Of a DNA stretch of 64,000 nucleotides, positions 45,224 to 54,067 are shown one piece after another. The notes beneath the pieces were generated by a model. The model ran no database searches. It had not been told where the DNA came from and worked only from the letters and a program-made list of their open reading frames with translations. Within the stretch, counting starts at the first letter, position 1, and the number at the start of each line of letters is the position of its first letter. The position numbers were made by a program, and so were the translations under genes. Source of the DNA: Gemmatimonadota bacterium (GTDB lineage: Bacteria; Gemmatimonadota; Gemmatimonadetes; Gemmatimonadales; GWC2-71-9); contig JANLPG010000120.1 of NCBI GenBank assembly GCA_031367105.1, positions 12,016 to 76,015 of the forward strand, given 5' to 3'.

Positions 45224-47224
45224 ATGCTGAACCCGCATTCACGCTTCGCCTCGTTCGTGGTAGGCTCGTCCAATCGACTCGCGGCCACGGCCGCCAAGGC
45301 GGTGGCCGAGGCGCCCGGTGCTGCCTACAACCCGCTCTGGTTCTACGCTCGGCCCGGGCTCGGCAAGACCCATCTCCTGATGGCGATCGGGCACGAGGCA
45401 CAGGTGATCGATCCGTCGCGCACCGTGGAGTACGTCACCGTCGATGATTTTGTCGAGGCGTATCACGCGGCGCTCGCCGCCGGGCAGGCCGAGGCGTACC
45501 GGCGCCGCTTCACCGAGGCAGATCTCGTCTTGCTGGATGACGCCCAGCTCCTCACCGATCAGCGCGAGTTGCAGTCGGAATTGCTTCGGCTGATTGATCT
45601 CCTGATGGCGGGTGACCGACAGATTGTCCTGGCTGGTGATCGCCCCCCGGAAGAGATCCAGTCACTCGACGAACGGCTGATCCGTCGCTTCGCCGGTGGT
45701 CTGGTGATTGATATCGGTGCCCCTGACTACGAGACCCGGCTCGCCATCCTGGCGCGTCGCGCCCAGGAACGACAGATCGTCTTCGCGCCGGAAGCGCTGG
45801 CCGCGGTGGCGGAGCTGCCGATCGGGACTGTGCGGGAATTGCTCGGCGCCCTCAATCGGCTGATTGCGCAGCAGGCAGTGCAGGCGTCGCAGCTCAGTGC
45901 GGCGGAAGTGCGACTTCTCCTCGCCAGCCTGGGGCACGTGAAGCCGGGGGAACCGGTCGATGGATCGACTCCTTCCGCGAGCGACGAGTCACGAGGCGGA
46001 GCGAACGCCGCCACGCCGCGAACGGAGCATGGCGAGGACGCCGGCGCAGCGGAAGACGAGTTTTCCGACTTTCTCTCGGACCTCTCGGCCGCGGTATCCC
46101 ATCAGGTCGACCGCTGGCGCCGGCGCGTGACCGAAGCGACGCTGCGTTACGTGGGTGAGGGATTCCGAACCAATCGGCTGGAGGCACTGCTCGCGGGCGA
46201 GATGGGGAGCGACCCTGAGGTGGCACTGGCGGAGTTCGAGCGCGATGTCGAGGCGTTACGTCGTCTGCAACGCGAACTTGCGGAACTCGCGCCTTCGCTT
46301 CTGGGAGAGGCGGCGCTCCACGACCCCGACCGCCTCGCCGAAGCCGACGCGTTGGTGGCTGAGGCGCGCGACGTTGGCGAGCCATTGCCCGGGCCGATGG
46401 CGCGCTACACGCTCGAACTTTTCGGGGAAGGCCCCAGCACGCGTTCGGTGACTGAGGCCATCCGGACGGCGGCGAGCGACCCGGGGCAACGCTACAACCC
46501 CTTCGTGATCGTCGGCCCGAGCGGCACAGGGAAAACCCACCTGCTCCACGCCTTCGCGCACGCTCTGCGCGCGTCGGGCTTGACGCGCGTGGCGGTGTTC
46601 GACGCCCAGCAGTTCGTTGATGGACTGGTCGCAGCCCTCGGCGATGGCAGCATTGCCCGATGGCGGCAGCGATTGCGCCGGGTCGAGGCGCTCCTGCTGG
46701 ACGATGTCGGTGTATTGGCGGGAAAGGAACGCAGTCAGGAGGAGCTCTACCAGCTGTATAACCTCCTGCTCGAGTCAGGACGGCAGATGGCGTTCACGGC
46801 CAGCGTTCTGCCCACCCAACTCGAGGGCTTCGAGTCACGGCTGGCCACCCGGCTCGCGGGTGGATTGGTGCTGGAGCTCGGATCGCCCGATCGCGACGCG
46901 AGGCTGCAGGAGGTCGTGCGCCTGCTCGGCCCGGCCGCGGAGGACGCCGACCTGGTGGAATATCTCGCGGCGCGCCCGGCCGGATCGTTGCGCGAAGTCC
47001 AGCAGCTGTTGCAACGTCTTGCGGCCGCGGTCGAAGAGCGCCAGACCACACTGACATTCGCGTTGGCGCGAACGCTGCTCGAAGGGTCGCAGGTTGAAGG
47101 ACCGCGACCCCCGCGTCGGGGCAGCGGATTGCTCGCTCCCGGAAGTGGTGCGGTTCGCTCCCGCGAAAAAATGGTCGACATCTGGCCGGACATCGGCGAG
47201 CGCTTGCTGGAGGAGTGGCGCTGA
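45224..47224 (+). CDS. Tandem DnaA/Hda-type AAA+ protein lacking DnaA domains I and IV
   Basis: Two modules: FVVGSSN..A..YNPL..GLGKTHL..LDD..RL.RRF.GG..VREL and YNPF..GTGKTHL..LLDD..SQEEL..RL.TRL.GG..LREV. Confidence 0.88.
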   Translation: MLNPHSRFASFVVGSSNRLAATAAKAVAEAPGAAYNPLWFYARPGLGKTHLLMAIGHEAQVIDPSRTVEYVTVDDFVEAYHAALAAGQAEAYRRRFTEADLVLLDDAQLLTDQRELQSELLRLIDLLMAGDRQIVLAGDRPPEEIQSLDERLIRRFAGGLVIDIGAPDYETRLAILARRAQERQIVFAPEALAAVAELPIGTVRELLGALNRLIAQQAVQASQLSAAEVRLLLASLGHVKPGEPVDGSTPSASDESRGGANAATPRTEHGEDAGAAEDEFSDFLSDLSAAVSHQVDRWRRRVTEATLRYVGEGFRTNRLEALLAGEMGSDPEVALAEFERDVEALRRLQRELAELAPSLLGEAALHDPDRLAEADALVAEARDVGEPLPGPMARYTLELFGEGPSTRSVTEAIRTAASDPGQRYNPFVIVGPSGTGKTHLLHAFAHALRASGLTRVAVFDAQQFVDGLVAALGDGSIARWRQRLRRVEALLLDDVGVLAGKERSQEELYQLYNLLLESGRQMAFTASVLPTQLEGFESRLATRLAGGLVLELGSPDRDARLQEVVRLLGPAAEDADLVEYLAARPAGSLREVQQLLQRLAAAVEERQTTLTFALARTLLEGSQVEGPRPPRRGSGLLAPGSGAVRSREKMVDIWPDIGERLLEEWR

Positions 47225-48843
47225 TGGCGATCAAGGGTTCGCTCAAGGAGGCATCGCTCCCCGACGTGGTACAGTTGCTCTACCTCGGCCGTCGCACCGG
47301 TTGCCTCTCGGTCGCCAACGATCGCAATTTTGCCTCGATCTGGCTCGACGATGGGTGGATCGTCTTTGCCGGCCTGTTGTCGCGCCCCGACCGCCTTGGC
47401 GAACGACTGGTTGCGGCGGGAAAGGTCAGTCCCGATCAGCTCGAGTCGGCGATTGCAACGCAATCGGCGCTCCCCGGCCATCGGCTGGGTGCGGTGTTGG
47501 TCCAGCTCGACCTGATCTCCCAGGCCGAACTGGAGGGTGAACTGCGTCGCCAGGTCGAGGAGACCATCTACACCCTCTTCACGTGGGCCAGCGGAACCTT
47601 CTCCTTCGAGGCAGGCATCTCCCCGGACGAAGCGGAGGGGACAGTGCGACTCAATCCCGAGGGGCTGCTGCTCGAAGGGGCACGCCGAGTCGACGAATGG
47701 AGTGTGATCGCGAAGAAGATTCCGTCGCTCGACGCCGTCTTCGCGATCGAGGGCGAGGGTGCCATTGAATTCAAGGGTGAGCCAGCCCTGGTCGATATCG
47801 AGCGTCGGGTGCAGCCGTTGATCGACGGAGCCCGCACGGTCCGGGATATGATGGACGCCACTGGTCTCACCGATTTCGAAGTCTGCCGTGCGCTCTTTGG
47901 CCTGCTCTCCGCTGGCCGGCTTCGGCGCGTGGCGACTGCACCCCCGGCGGTCCCGCGTCAGGGGACGGCGCGGCTCGAGGAACATCGCAACCTCGGCGTC
48001 GCCTTCTACCGCACCGGGATGTTGAATGAAGCCGAGCGCGAATTCAAGCGCGTCGCCGAATTGCGTCCCGGTGATGGCGAGGCGTCCTTCCGGCTTGGTC
48101 TGATTGCGCTGCGGCAAGCGCGCTGGGCCGATGGGCTGGCGCAATTTCAGCGGGCAACCGAGCGAGGCGGCGCACGACCTGCGGTGCTGCACAACCTTGC
48201 GCTGGCCCTCGAGTCACTTGGCCGCCTCGACGAGGCGGAGACGGCGCTCGGCGAGGCCGTGCAGCTCGACAAGGACGACCCACGGCTCTGGACCGGCTGG
48301 GGGTTGCTCGCGCTGCGGCGCAGTGAACCTTCGCGCGCACTGGAGCGCTTCGCCCGCGCCCGCGACTTGGTGGGGCAGGGGAAGCCGCCAGCCCACTGGT
48401 ACTGGGGCTGCGGCTGGGCCCAGGCGCTCTCCGAGGCGTGGCCGGACGCGCTCGCGACCATTCGCGAGGGGGTTGTGGCATTTCCCGATCATCCGGTCCT
48501 GCGGACCACGTTGGGCGTCCTGCTCGAAGGTACCGGCGAGGTGGGTGAGGCCGAGGCCCACTTGCGCCACGCACTCGGCGAGGATCCGACCATCCCGCAG
48601 ATTTCCAAGAATCTCGGGGACTTGCTCTATCGTGCCGGCCGCTGGGATGAGGCCGAAGAATCCTACGACCGCGCTGCCAAGCTGGCCCCGACTCTGGGAG
48701 ACGATCTCTACTTCAAGCTGGGCAACCTCGCCTGCCGTCGGGGCGATATGCCGAAGGCGCGACGGCACTGGGGGGCAGCGCTGGCAATCAATCCCGAGCA
48801 CGCCCTGGTCCGCGCCAATCTCGCCGGCTCCGGTGCGGCGTGA
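47224..48843 (+). CDS. DUF4388 plus multi-TPR protein
   Basis: MAIKGSLKEASLPDVVQLL..RRTGCL, W..GTFSF, LLLEGARRVDEW, then many TPRs (HRNLGVAFY, LHNLALAL, SKNLGDL). Confidence 0.88.
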   Translation: MAIKGSLKEASLPDVVQLLYLGRRTGCLSVANDRNFASIWLDDGWIVFAGLLSRPDRLGERLVAAGKVSPDQLESAIATQSALPGHRLGAVLVQLDLISQAELEGELRRQVEETIYTLFTWASGTFSFEAGISPDEAEGTVRLNPEGLLLEGARRVDEWSVIAKKIPSLDAVFAIEGEGAIEFKGEPALVDIERRVQPLIDGARTVRDMMDATGLTDFEVCRALFGLLSAGRLRRVATAPPAVPRQGTARLEEHRNLGVAFYRTGMLNEAEREFKRVAELRPGDGEASFRLGLIALRQARWADGLAQFQRATERGGARPAVLHNLALALESLGRLDEAETALGEAVQLDKDDPRLWTGWGLLALRRSEPSRALERFARARDLVGQGKPPAHWYWGCGWAQALSEAWPDALATIREGVVAFPDHPVLRTTLGVLLEGTGEVGEAEAHLRHALGEDPTIPQISKNLGDLLYRAGRWDEAEESYDRAAKLAPTLGDDLYFKLGNLACRRGDMPKARRHWGAALAINPEHALVRANLAGSGAA

Positions 48844-49682
48844 CGACCCCCGACCCGCTCGCCAGCTTCCGCGCCGAATACCAGCGATTGAGTGCCTCGC
48901 TGACGCGACCGCTTGCGGCACGGGAGCGCGACACCCTGCGCGCCGCGATCATCGCGCTGTTCAAGGAAGTTGATGGGCTGCTGACCGAGGTCGATGCGTT
49001 CAAGGCATCGATTCGCGCGCTGGTCGACGGCTTCAAGGCGCTGCCGGCGGACGAGGCCGCTGCCACGGTACGGTACGATCACCTCGGCGCTTCGACAGCG
49101 ATGGAGCGGGGCTGGAGCGACTTGGCGGGGGCGCGCTGGAGCGGTGCCGAGGCACACTTTCGCGAGGCGATCGCCCGCGATCCTGGCAGTACCGATGCGC
49201 CGGCATTGCTCGGTTGGGCACTGATGCACCAGCAGCGTCACGACGAGGCCCTGCAGCTCTGCCTCCAGGTGCTGATGCGTGAGCCGGAGCACGGGCTCGC
49301 GCGAGTGGCACTCGGATTCGTCTGTCTGCGCAAGGGCATCACCGGCGAAGCGATGGAGCATCTCTCCCGCGTGGCCGGTCGGCCGGGAGACGCGCGCGCA
49401 ATTCTTTACGCGAGTTACTGGCTCGGCGTCGCCTACATCGAACGCGAGATGGATACCGACGCCGTGGAACTGCTGCGGCGGGCGGTGACGCTCGGGCCGA
49501 ACCTCGCCGAGGGTTGGGCCGACCTTGGCCGTGCACTCTGGTTCCGAGGCGAGCCCGAGCGGGCACGGGAGGCCTGGTCCACCGGTTCGGTAGTGCGGTA
49601 CTCACCCTACGCCGAGCGGAACAGCACCCTCCTCGATGTCACCAATGCCGGGGGAGTGCCGCCACGTTCCGCGTTCCGCTGA
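48840..49682 (+). CDS. Coiled-coil plus TPR protein
   Basis: N-terminal helical hairpin; LLGWAL, LGFVCL, YWLGVAY, LGRAL TPRs. Confidence 0.8.
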   Translation: MTTPDPLASFRAEYQRLSASLTRPLAARERDTLRAAIIALFKEVDGLLTEVDAFKASIRALVDGFKALPADEAAATVRYDHLGASTAMERGWSDLAGARWSGAEAHFREAIARDPGSTDAPALLGWALMHQQRHDEALQLCLQVLMREPEHGLARVALGFVCLRKGITGEAMEHLSRVAGRPGDARAILYASYWLGVAYIEREMDTDAVELLRRAVTLGPNLAEGWADLGRALWFRGEPERAREAWSTGSVVRYSPYAERNSTLLDVTNAGGVPPRSAFR

Positions 49683-50626
49683 GCCTGCTGCTCGCGCTGC
49701 AGGCGCCCCCGTCTGGCCAGCCTGCCTCGCCACCGTTGCCCGGAGTGCGGATCGAGGTTGGGGAGATCACCGTGCTGGTCGACCGGAAGCACGCCGTCCT
49801 CGGCAGGTCGTTGGGCGAAGCGGCCGGCGTGGTCCGGGAGTGGCTCGGGCTCGGCCGGCTGGATCTGGGGAAGCTCGTCCTCGTGGTGGTTCCCGATACC
49901 GCTGGCTTCCGCGCCTGGTCGCGGGGCCGGGTTCCGACCTGGGGGGCTGGGCTGACCCTGCCGGGAAGCCGGTTGGTGGTTGTCCGGGTCGACGCCGGCG
50001 ACCCCTTCGGCACCCTGAGGCACGAGTTGGCGCACATCGCCCTCCACCAACGGGTGACGGGCCGTGTCCCGCTCTGGTTTGACGAGGGCTTTGCCGTCCT
50101 GGCAGCTGGGGAGTATGGTCGCCTGGCGGGGCTCCAGCTCAATATGTCGGTCGCGGCGGGGCGAGTGCCTACCCTCCGGGCCCTGGATGCCGACCTCCGG
50201 GGGAGCCGCGGCGACGCGGAGGCCGGCTATGCCCTAGCGGGGTCAGCCGTCTCCTACCTCGCCCGGCGGAATCCCTCGGGTGGGCTCGAGCCGATGCTGG
50301 CGCGACTGGTGAGCGGGATGCCGTTCGATGAGGCCGTCCTGGCGACCACTGGCCTGACTGAGGAGCGGTTCAGCGACGCCTGGCACCGTGATGTCCGGCG
50401 GCGCTTCAACTGGCTGGTCTGGTTTATCACCGGCGGTGCGTGGCTGGTCATCGCGCTGCTGTTGGGGTGGGCCGCGGCGTGGCGCCGCCATCGGGACGCC
50501 CCCCGGAGGGCGGCCCTCAACCAGGGGTGGGTCATCGAAGATGACCCCGCAACCGAAGATGACGAGGAGATTACAACACCAGACCAGTCCCCCGATCCGC
50601 TTGACCCATCTGACTCTGGCCGCTAG
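49679..50626 (+). CDS. Peptidase MA-like (gluzincin) protein with C-terminal TM anchor; start uncertain
   Basis: HELAH...PLWFDEG, hydrophobic C-terminal helix, acidic tail. Confidence 0.75.
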   Translation: MSLLLALQAPPSGQPASPPLPGVRIEVGEITVLVDRKHAVLGRSLGEAAGVVREWLGLGRLDLGKLVLVVVPDTAGFRAWSRGRVPTWGAGLTLPGSRLVVVRVDAGDPFGTLRHELAHIALHQRVTGRVPLWFDEGFAVLAAGEYGRLAGLQLNMSVAAGRVPTLRALDADLRGSRGDAEAGYALAGSAVSYLARRNPSGGLEPMLARLVSGMPFDEAVLATTGLTEERFSDAWHRDVRRRFNWLVWFITGGAWLVIALLLGWAAAWRRHRDAPRRAALNQGWVIEDDPATEDDEEITTPDQSPDPLDPSDSGR

Positions 50627-50629
50627 CCT
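50601..50629 (+). promoter_or_regulatory. sigma70 promoter for small ORF and tRNA-Val
   Basis: TTGACC-N17-TAGCCT. Confidence 0.55.
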
Positions 50630-50638
50630 CCTCACCCT

Positions 50639-50830
50639 ATGCCACCTACCGACCCGATCTCCGTGCCTCCGGCGGCGCTCTTCTCGCGCCGCAATCTCCT
50701 CCTGATCGCCGTGGCACTGGCGAGCATCGGGGCCGGCTACGCTGTGCTCCTCGGCGGCTCCCCAGGGGCCGCCGCAGTCCTGCTCGTCGCCGGATATTGC
50801 GTGCTCTTTCCCTTGGCACTTCTCGCCTGA
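50639..50830 (+). CDS. Small two-TM membrane protein (DUF3098-like)
   Basis: FSRRNLLL...GY.....A.VLLVAGYCVLFPLAL. Confidence 0.6.
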   Translation: MPPTDPISVPPAALFSRRNLLLIAVALASIGAGYAVLLGGSPGAAAVLLVAGYCVLFPLALLA

Positions 50831-50843
50831 ACTGCGGCGCGTC

Positions 50844-50917
50844 GGGCGAATAGCTCAGCTGGTTAGAGCGCCTGCCTTACACGCAGGATGTCGGGGGTTC
50901 GAATCCCTCTTCGCCCA
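50844..50917 (+). tRNA. tRNA-Val(TAC); CCA not encoded
   Basis: GGGCGAA/TTCGCCC acceptor stem, anticodon arm CCTGC-CTTACAC-GCAGG, TTCGAAT T loop. Confidence 0.96.
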
Positions 50918-50983
50918 TCGTCGGCGTGTCGCAAACGAGGCCGGACCCGTCTTATGCATTTGAACCTCACGGAGGTAGCTGGG

Positions 50984-52702
50984 ATGTTGCAACAGGTGTC
51001 GTCGCTCGTGGTTCTCGCCGTCATCGTCACGGCCGCCCCCGCCCCCGCCGCCGCAAACCAGATCCGCGGGACCATCCGCGGCGGGCAGATGCAGGCGCCG
51101 AAGACTCTGGTGTTGATCGCCAACCCCTACACGTCCAGTCCCTCCGACTCGGCGTTCACGGTCGCGATCGGGAGCAGCGCGCGCGAAAAGCTGGAGCGCA
51201 GCGTGGGGGCAGAGTACGGTGTGGTGACCCGCAAGCAGATGAATGACGCGCTGATCTCATTCGGGTACAGCGGCGACGCCATCCTGACGCCAGGCTCGGC
51301 AGGGGAGATGGCCCGATCGATGGCCGTACGGTATTACGTGACCAGCACGCTCGTGAAGGCGGGCGGTGGCTACTCCGTCACTGCGCGAATGATCGGCACC
51401 AACCTCGACGTCGGTCAGGTCGTCACCGCCACAGGCACGACTCCGGGCGAGCTCGGCGGCAAGATGGCTGATGGCGTCGGACCGGCGATTCGTGCGATTG
51501 CCGACGCCAAGCTCTGCAATGAAAATTCAGTGACGAAGCCCGCCAAGGCGGCCGAGGCGGCCGCCAAGGCGATCAAGGCAGTCCCGAACTTCGGGCTCGC
51601 CGAATACTGCCTCGCCGAAATCGCGCTGAAGCGGGACTCGGTCGGCGCCGAGGCGATGGGCCACTTGCAGAACACCGTCAAGGGCGATCCGCTCTCGCTT
51701 GTGGCACTGAGTTCGATCGCAGTGATCTACCAGAAGAAGGGCGACAGTACCAGGACGATCGAGACATTTCAGCAGATGCTCCGGGCAGCCCCGACCAACA
51801 AGCCGCTGCTGGAGCGAGCCTTCAAACTCTTCCTGGGCTATGGCAAGCCGGAAGCGGCGATGGCGGTGGCCGACGAGGGGATCAAGCAGGATCCGAGCAA
51901 TCCGGACTGGTACGACCTGAAGAGCAACGTCTGCTTCGCGAAGGAAGACTACGCCTGCGCCGTCACTGCGCTGGAGCAGGTCTTCGCCGTCGACAGCACG
52001 AGAGCCGACAGCCTCTTCTACCAGAAGATCCTCTTCGCTGCATCGTCAAAGCCTGACACGGCGAAGTATCTGGCCTACAGTCTCCGCGCAACCAAGCGGT
52101 ATCCGGACAATGCTGGATTGCTGGAGGAGCTCGCCAAGGCGTACTCCCTCGCTGGTCAGACCGACTCCACGGTCGCGGTGACACAGCGGCTGGTGAAGGT
52201 TGATCCGACGAAGACCGATGCCGTCCTCCGGGTCGTGAAACAGCTGCTCGACGCCAAGAAGCCGCGTGAGGCAATTCAGTTTGCCCCGAGCATCAAGCAG
52301 TACGGTGATGAGGAAGCAAAGAACAACTTTGCGAACCTCGCGCTGCAGTCGATGCAGGCGCTGGCAGGTGTCAAGCCGCTCGACGCCCAGTTGCTGGTGG
52401 ACATCGGTGAAGCCGCGCTGTCGGTCGGGCCGACCAATCCGAATATTCTGCTGTTCACGAATTACTTCTACGCCGTCGGGTTGCAGCCCTCACTCAGCGC
52501 ACTCGCGCTGTCGTCGCGGGCGCAGAAGTCGTGCGAACTCGCCAAGAAGGAGCAGGCGTTGCTGGTGAAGCTCGAGCCGGCAGTGACGCTCGCGGCCACC
52601 AGCTCGAACGCCGGCGTGGCCGCCTACGCCAAGCAGTTGCTCACGTCCGTCCAGACCGAGAAGCCTGCGGTGGTGCAGATGATCGGCTCCTTCTGCAAGT
52701 AA
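50984..52702 (+). CDS. Exported TPR-repeat protein
   Basis: GGAGG RBS, signal peptide, N-terminal alpha/beta domain, many TPR-like helical pairs. Confidence 0.8.
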   Translation: MLQQVSSLVVLAVIVTAAPAPAAANQIRGTIRGGQMQAPKTLVLIANPYTSSPSDSAFTVAIGSSAREKLERSVGAEYGVVTRKQMNDALISFGYSGDAILTPGSAGEMARSMAVRYYVTSTLVKAGGGYSVTARMIGTNLDVGQVVTATGTTPGELGGKMADGVGPAIRAIADAKLCNENSVTKPAKAAEAAAKAIKAVPNFGLAEYCLAEIALKRDSVGAEAMGHLQNTVKGDPLSLVALSSIAVIYQKKGDSTRTIETFQQMLRAAPTNKPLLERAFKLFLGYGKPEAAMAVADEGIKQDPSNPDWYDLKSNVCFAKEDYACAVTALEQVFAVDSTRADSLFYQKILFAASSKPDTAKYLAYSLRATKRYPDNAGLLEELAKAYSLAGQTDSTVAVTQRLVKVDPTKTDAVLRVVKQLLDAKKPREAIQFAPSIKQYGDEEAKNNFANLALQSMQALAGVKPLDAQLLVDIGEAALSVGPTNPNILLFTNYFYAVGLQPSLSALALSSRAQKSCELAKKEQALLVKLEPAVTLAATSSNAGVAAYAKQLLTSVQTEKPAVVQMIGSFCK

Positions 52703-52750
52703 CACTTCCCCCCAAGGGGCAGCTTCTGTATCTTTGGCCGCTGTTCCTGG

Positions 52751-52824
52751 GGGGCTGTTGCTCAGTTGGTTAGAGTGCCGCACTGTCACTGCGGAGGTCG
52801 CGGGTTCGAGCCCCGTCAGCCCCG
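52751..52824 (+). tRNA. tRNA-Asp(GTC); CCA not encoded
   Basis: GGGGCTG/CAGCCCC acceptor stem, anticodon arm CCGCA-CTGTCAC-TGCGG, TTCGAGC T loop, G discriminator. Confidence 0.95.
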
Positions 52825-52832
52825 TTCCTTCT

Positions 52833-52870
52833 GCCACCCCGTCCGTCGTTGCGGACGGGGTGGTTTGTTG
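52833..52870 (+). terminator. Intrinsic terminator-like hairpin after tRNA-Asp
   Basis: GCCACCCCGTCCG-tcgttg-CGGACGGGGTGGT followed by TTGTTG. Confidence 0.7.
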
Positions 52871-52881
52871 TCCGGAATCCC

Positions 52882-53796
52882 ATGACCGACCTGCCGCTCC
52901 ACGTCCCCGTCCTTCTCGCACCAATCCGGGCCCGGGCGCTCGGCGCTGGACGGGTCGTGGACGCCACTCTCGGACACGGTGGCCACGCGGCAGCATTCCT
53001 GACCGACGGGGCATCGGTCCTCGGGATCGATCGGGACCCCGACGCGATCGCGACCGCCCGAGCCCGGCTCGGCGACCACAATATCCAATACCTCCAGGCG
53101 CCCTATGCGTCGCCAGACGCACTGGTCGCGGTCGCCGGATTCCGGCCGGGCTTCATCCTTCTCGACCTCGGCGTGTCCTCGCGGCAGCTCGACAGCACCG
53201 ACCGCGGTTTCACTTTTCGGCCCGGCGCCCCGCTCGATATGCGGATGGGTCCCGACGCTCCGTCCGCCGCGGAATGGCTGGGGGTGAGCGATGAGGCTGA
53301 ACTGGCACAGGTGTTCTACGACTACGGCGATGAGCCCCGCAGCCGCCGACTGGCAGCGGAGGTGGTGCGCCGCCGCGGCAACGCCCCCTTCCAGACCAGT
53401 GACGACCTCGTCAACGCGATCAGAGCCGCCCTCGGCCCGAAGAGCGGGGCTCCCGATTTCGCCCGGATCTTCCAGGCAGTCCGGATCGCGGTCAATGAGG
53501 AGTTAACCGGACTGGCAGAGGCGCTGCCGGCATTCCGGGACGCACTGGAGCCGGGCGGAACCCTTGCGGTGATCAGTTATCATTCGGGCGAGGATCGGTT
53601 GGTGAAAGGGGCGCTCCGCGACTGGGCCTCCGGCTGTGTCTGTCCGCCGGGTCTGCCGCAGTGCATTTGTGGTCGCAACCCACTGGGCCGTGCCGAACCT
53701 CGCAAGGCGATGATCCCGGACGCGGCCGAGCTCGTCGCCAACCCACGCTCCCGCAGCGCCAAGCTACGCTTCTTCCGGACCAACGATGCAGGTTAG
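52882..53796 (+). CDS. rsmH: 16S rRNA m4C1402 methyltransferase
   Basis: HVPVLL, DATLGHGGH, DLGVSS.QLD..RGF.F, PLDMRM, FQAVRIAVN.EL, SYHSGEDR, NPRSRSAKLR. Confidence 0.97.
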   Translation: MTDLPLHVPVLLAPIRARALGAGRVVDATLGHGGHAAAFLTDGASVLGIDRDPDAIATARARLGDHNIQYLQAPYASPDALVAVAGFRPGFILLDLGVSSRQLDSTDRGFTFRPGAPLDMRMGPDAPSAAEWLGVSDEAELAQVFYDYGDEPRSRRLAAEVVRRRGNAPFQTSDDLVNAIRAALGPKSGAPDFARIFQAVRIAVNEELTGLAEALPAFRDALEPGGTLAVISYHSGEDRLVKGALRDWASGCVCPPGLPQCICGRNPLGRAEPRKAMIPDAAELVANPRSRSAKLRFFRTNDAG

Positions 53797-54067
53797 GGGA
53801 CGCCATCTGGTGCTCGCCTGGACAGCAGTGTTCCTCGCTGTCGCGGGGATCATCGTGTCACGGGATCGCCGAGCGTTCGTGATGCAGGATCGCCTGCGTG
53901 CGCAGAACGACCACGTCCGTGCACTCCTCTCCGATCGCGACAAGTTGTCGGCCACCATCGCCCGCCTCGCCACGCAGGAGGAGTTGCAACCCAAGGCGGA
54001 AGCGATGGGACTGCGGATCGCGTCGGACTCCGAAATGGTCGCCCTTCCGGTACCGTCGCCCCGCTGA
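53786..54067 (+). CDS. ftsL: FtsL-like cell division protein
   Basis: TM helix plus coiled coil, lying between rsmH and ftsI. Confidence 0.7.
   Translation: MQVRGRHLVLAWTAVFLAVAGIIVSRDRRAFVMQDRLRAQNDHVRALLSDRDKLSATIARLATQEELQPKAEAMGLRIASDSEMVALPVPSPR

Noticed and set aside
45224..47224. Chromosomal replication initiator dnaA and nearby oriC
   Set aside because: No domain I or IV, duplicated ATPase, no dnaN neighbour, and no AT-rich DnaA-box region seen
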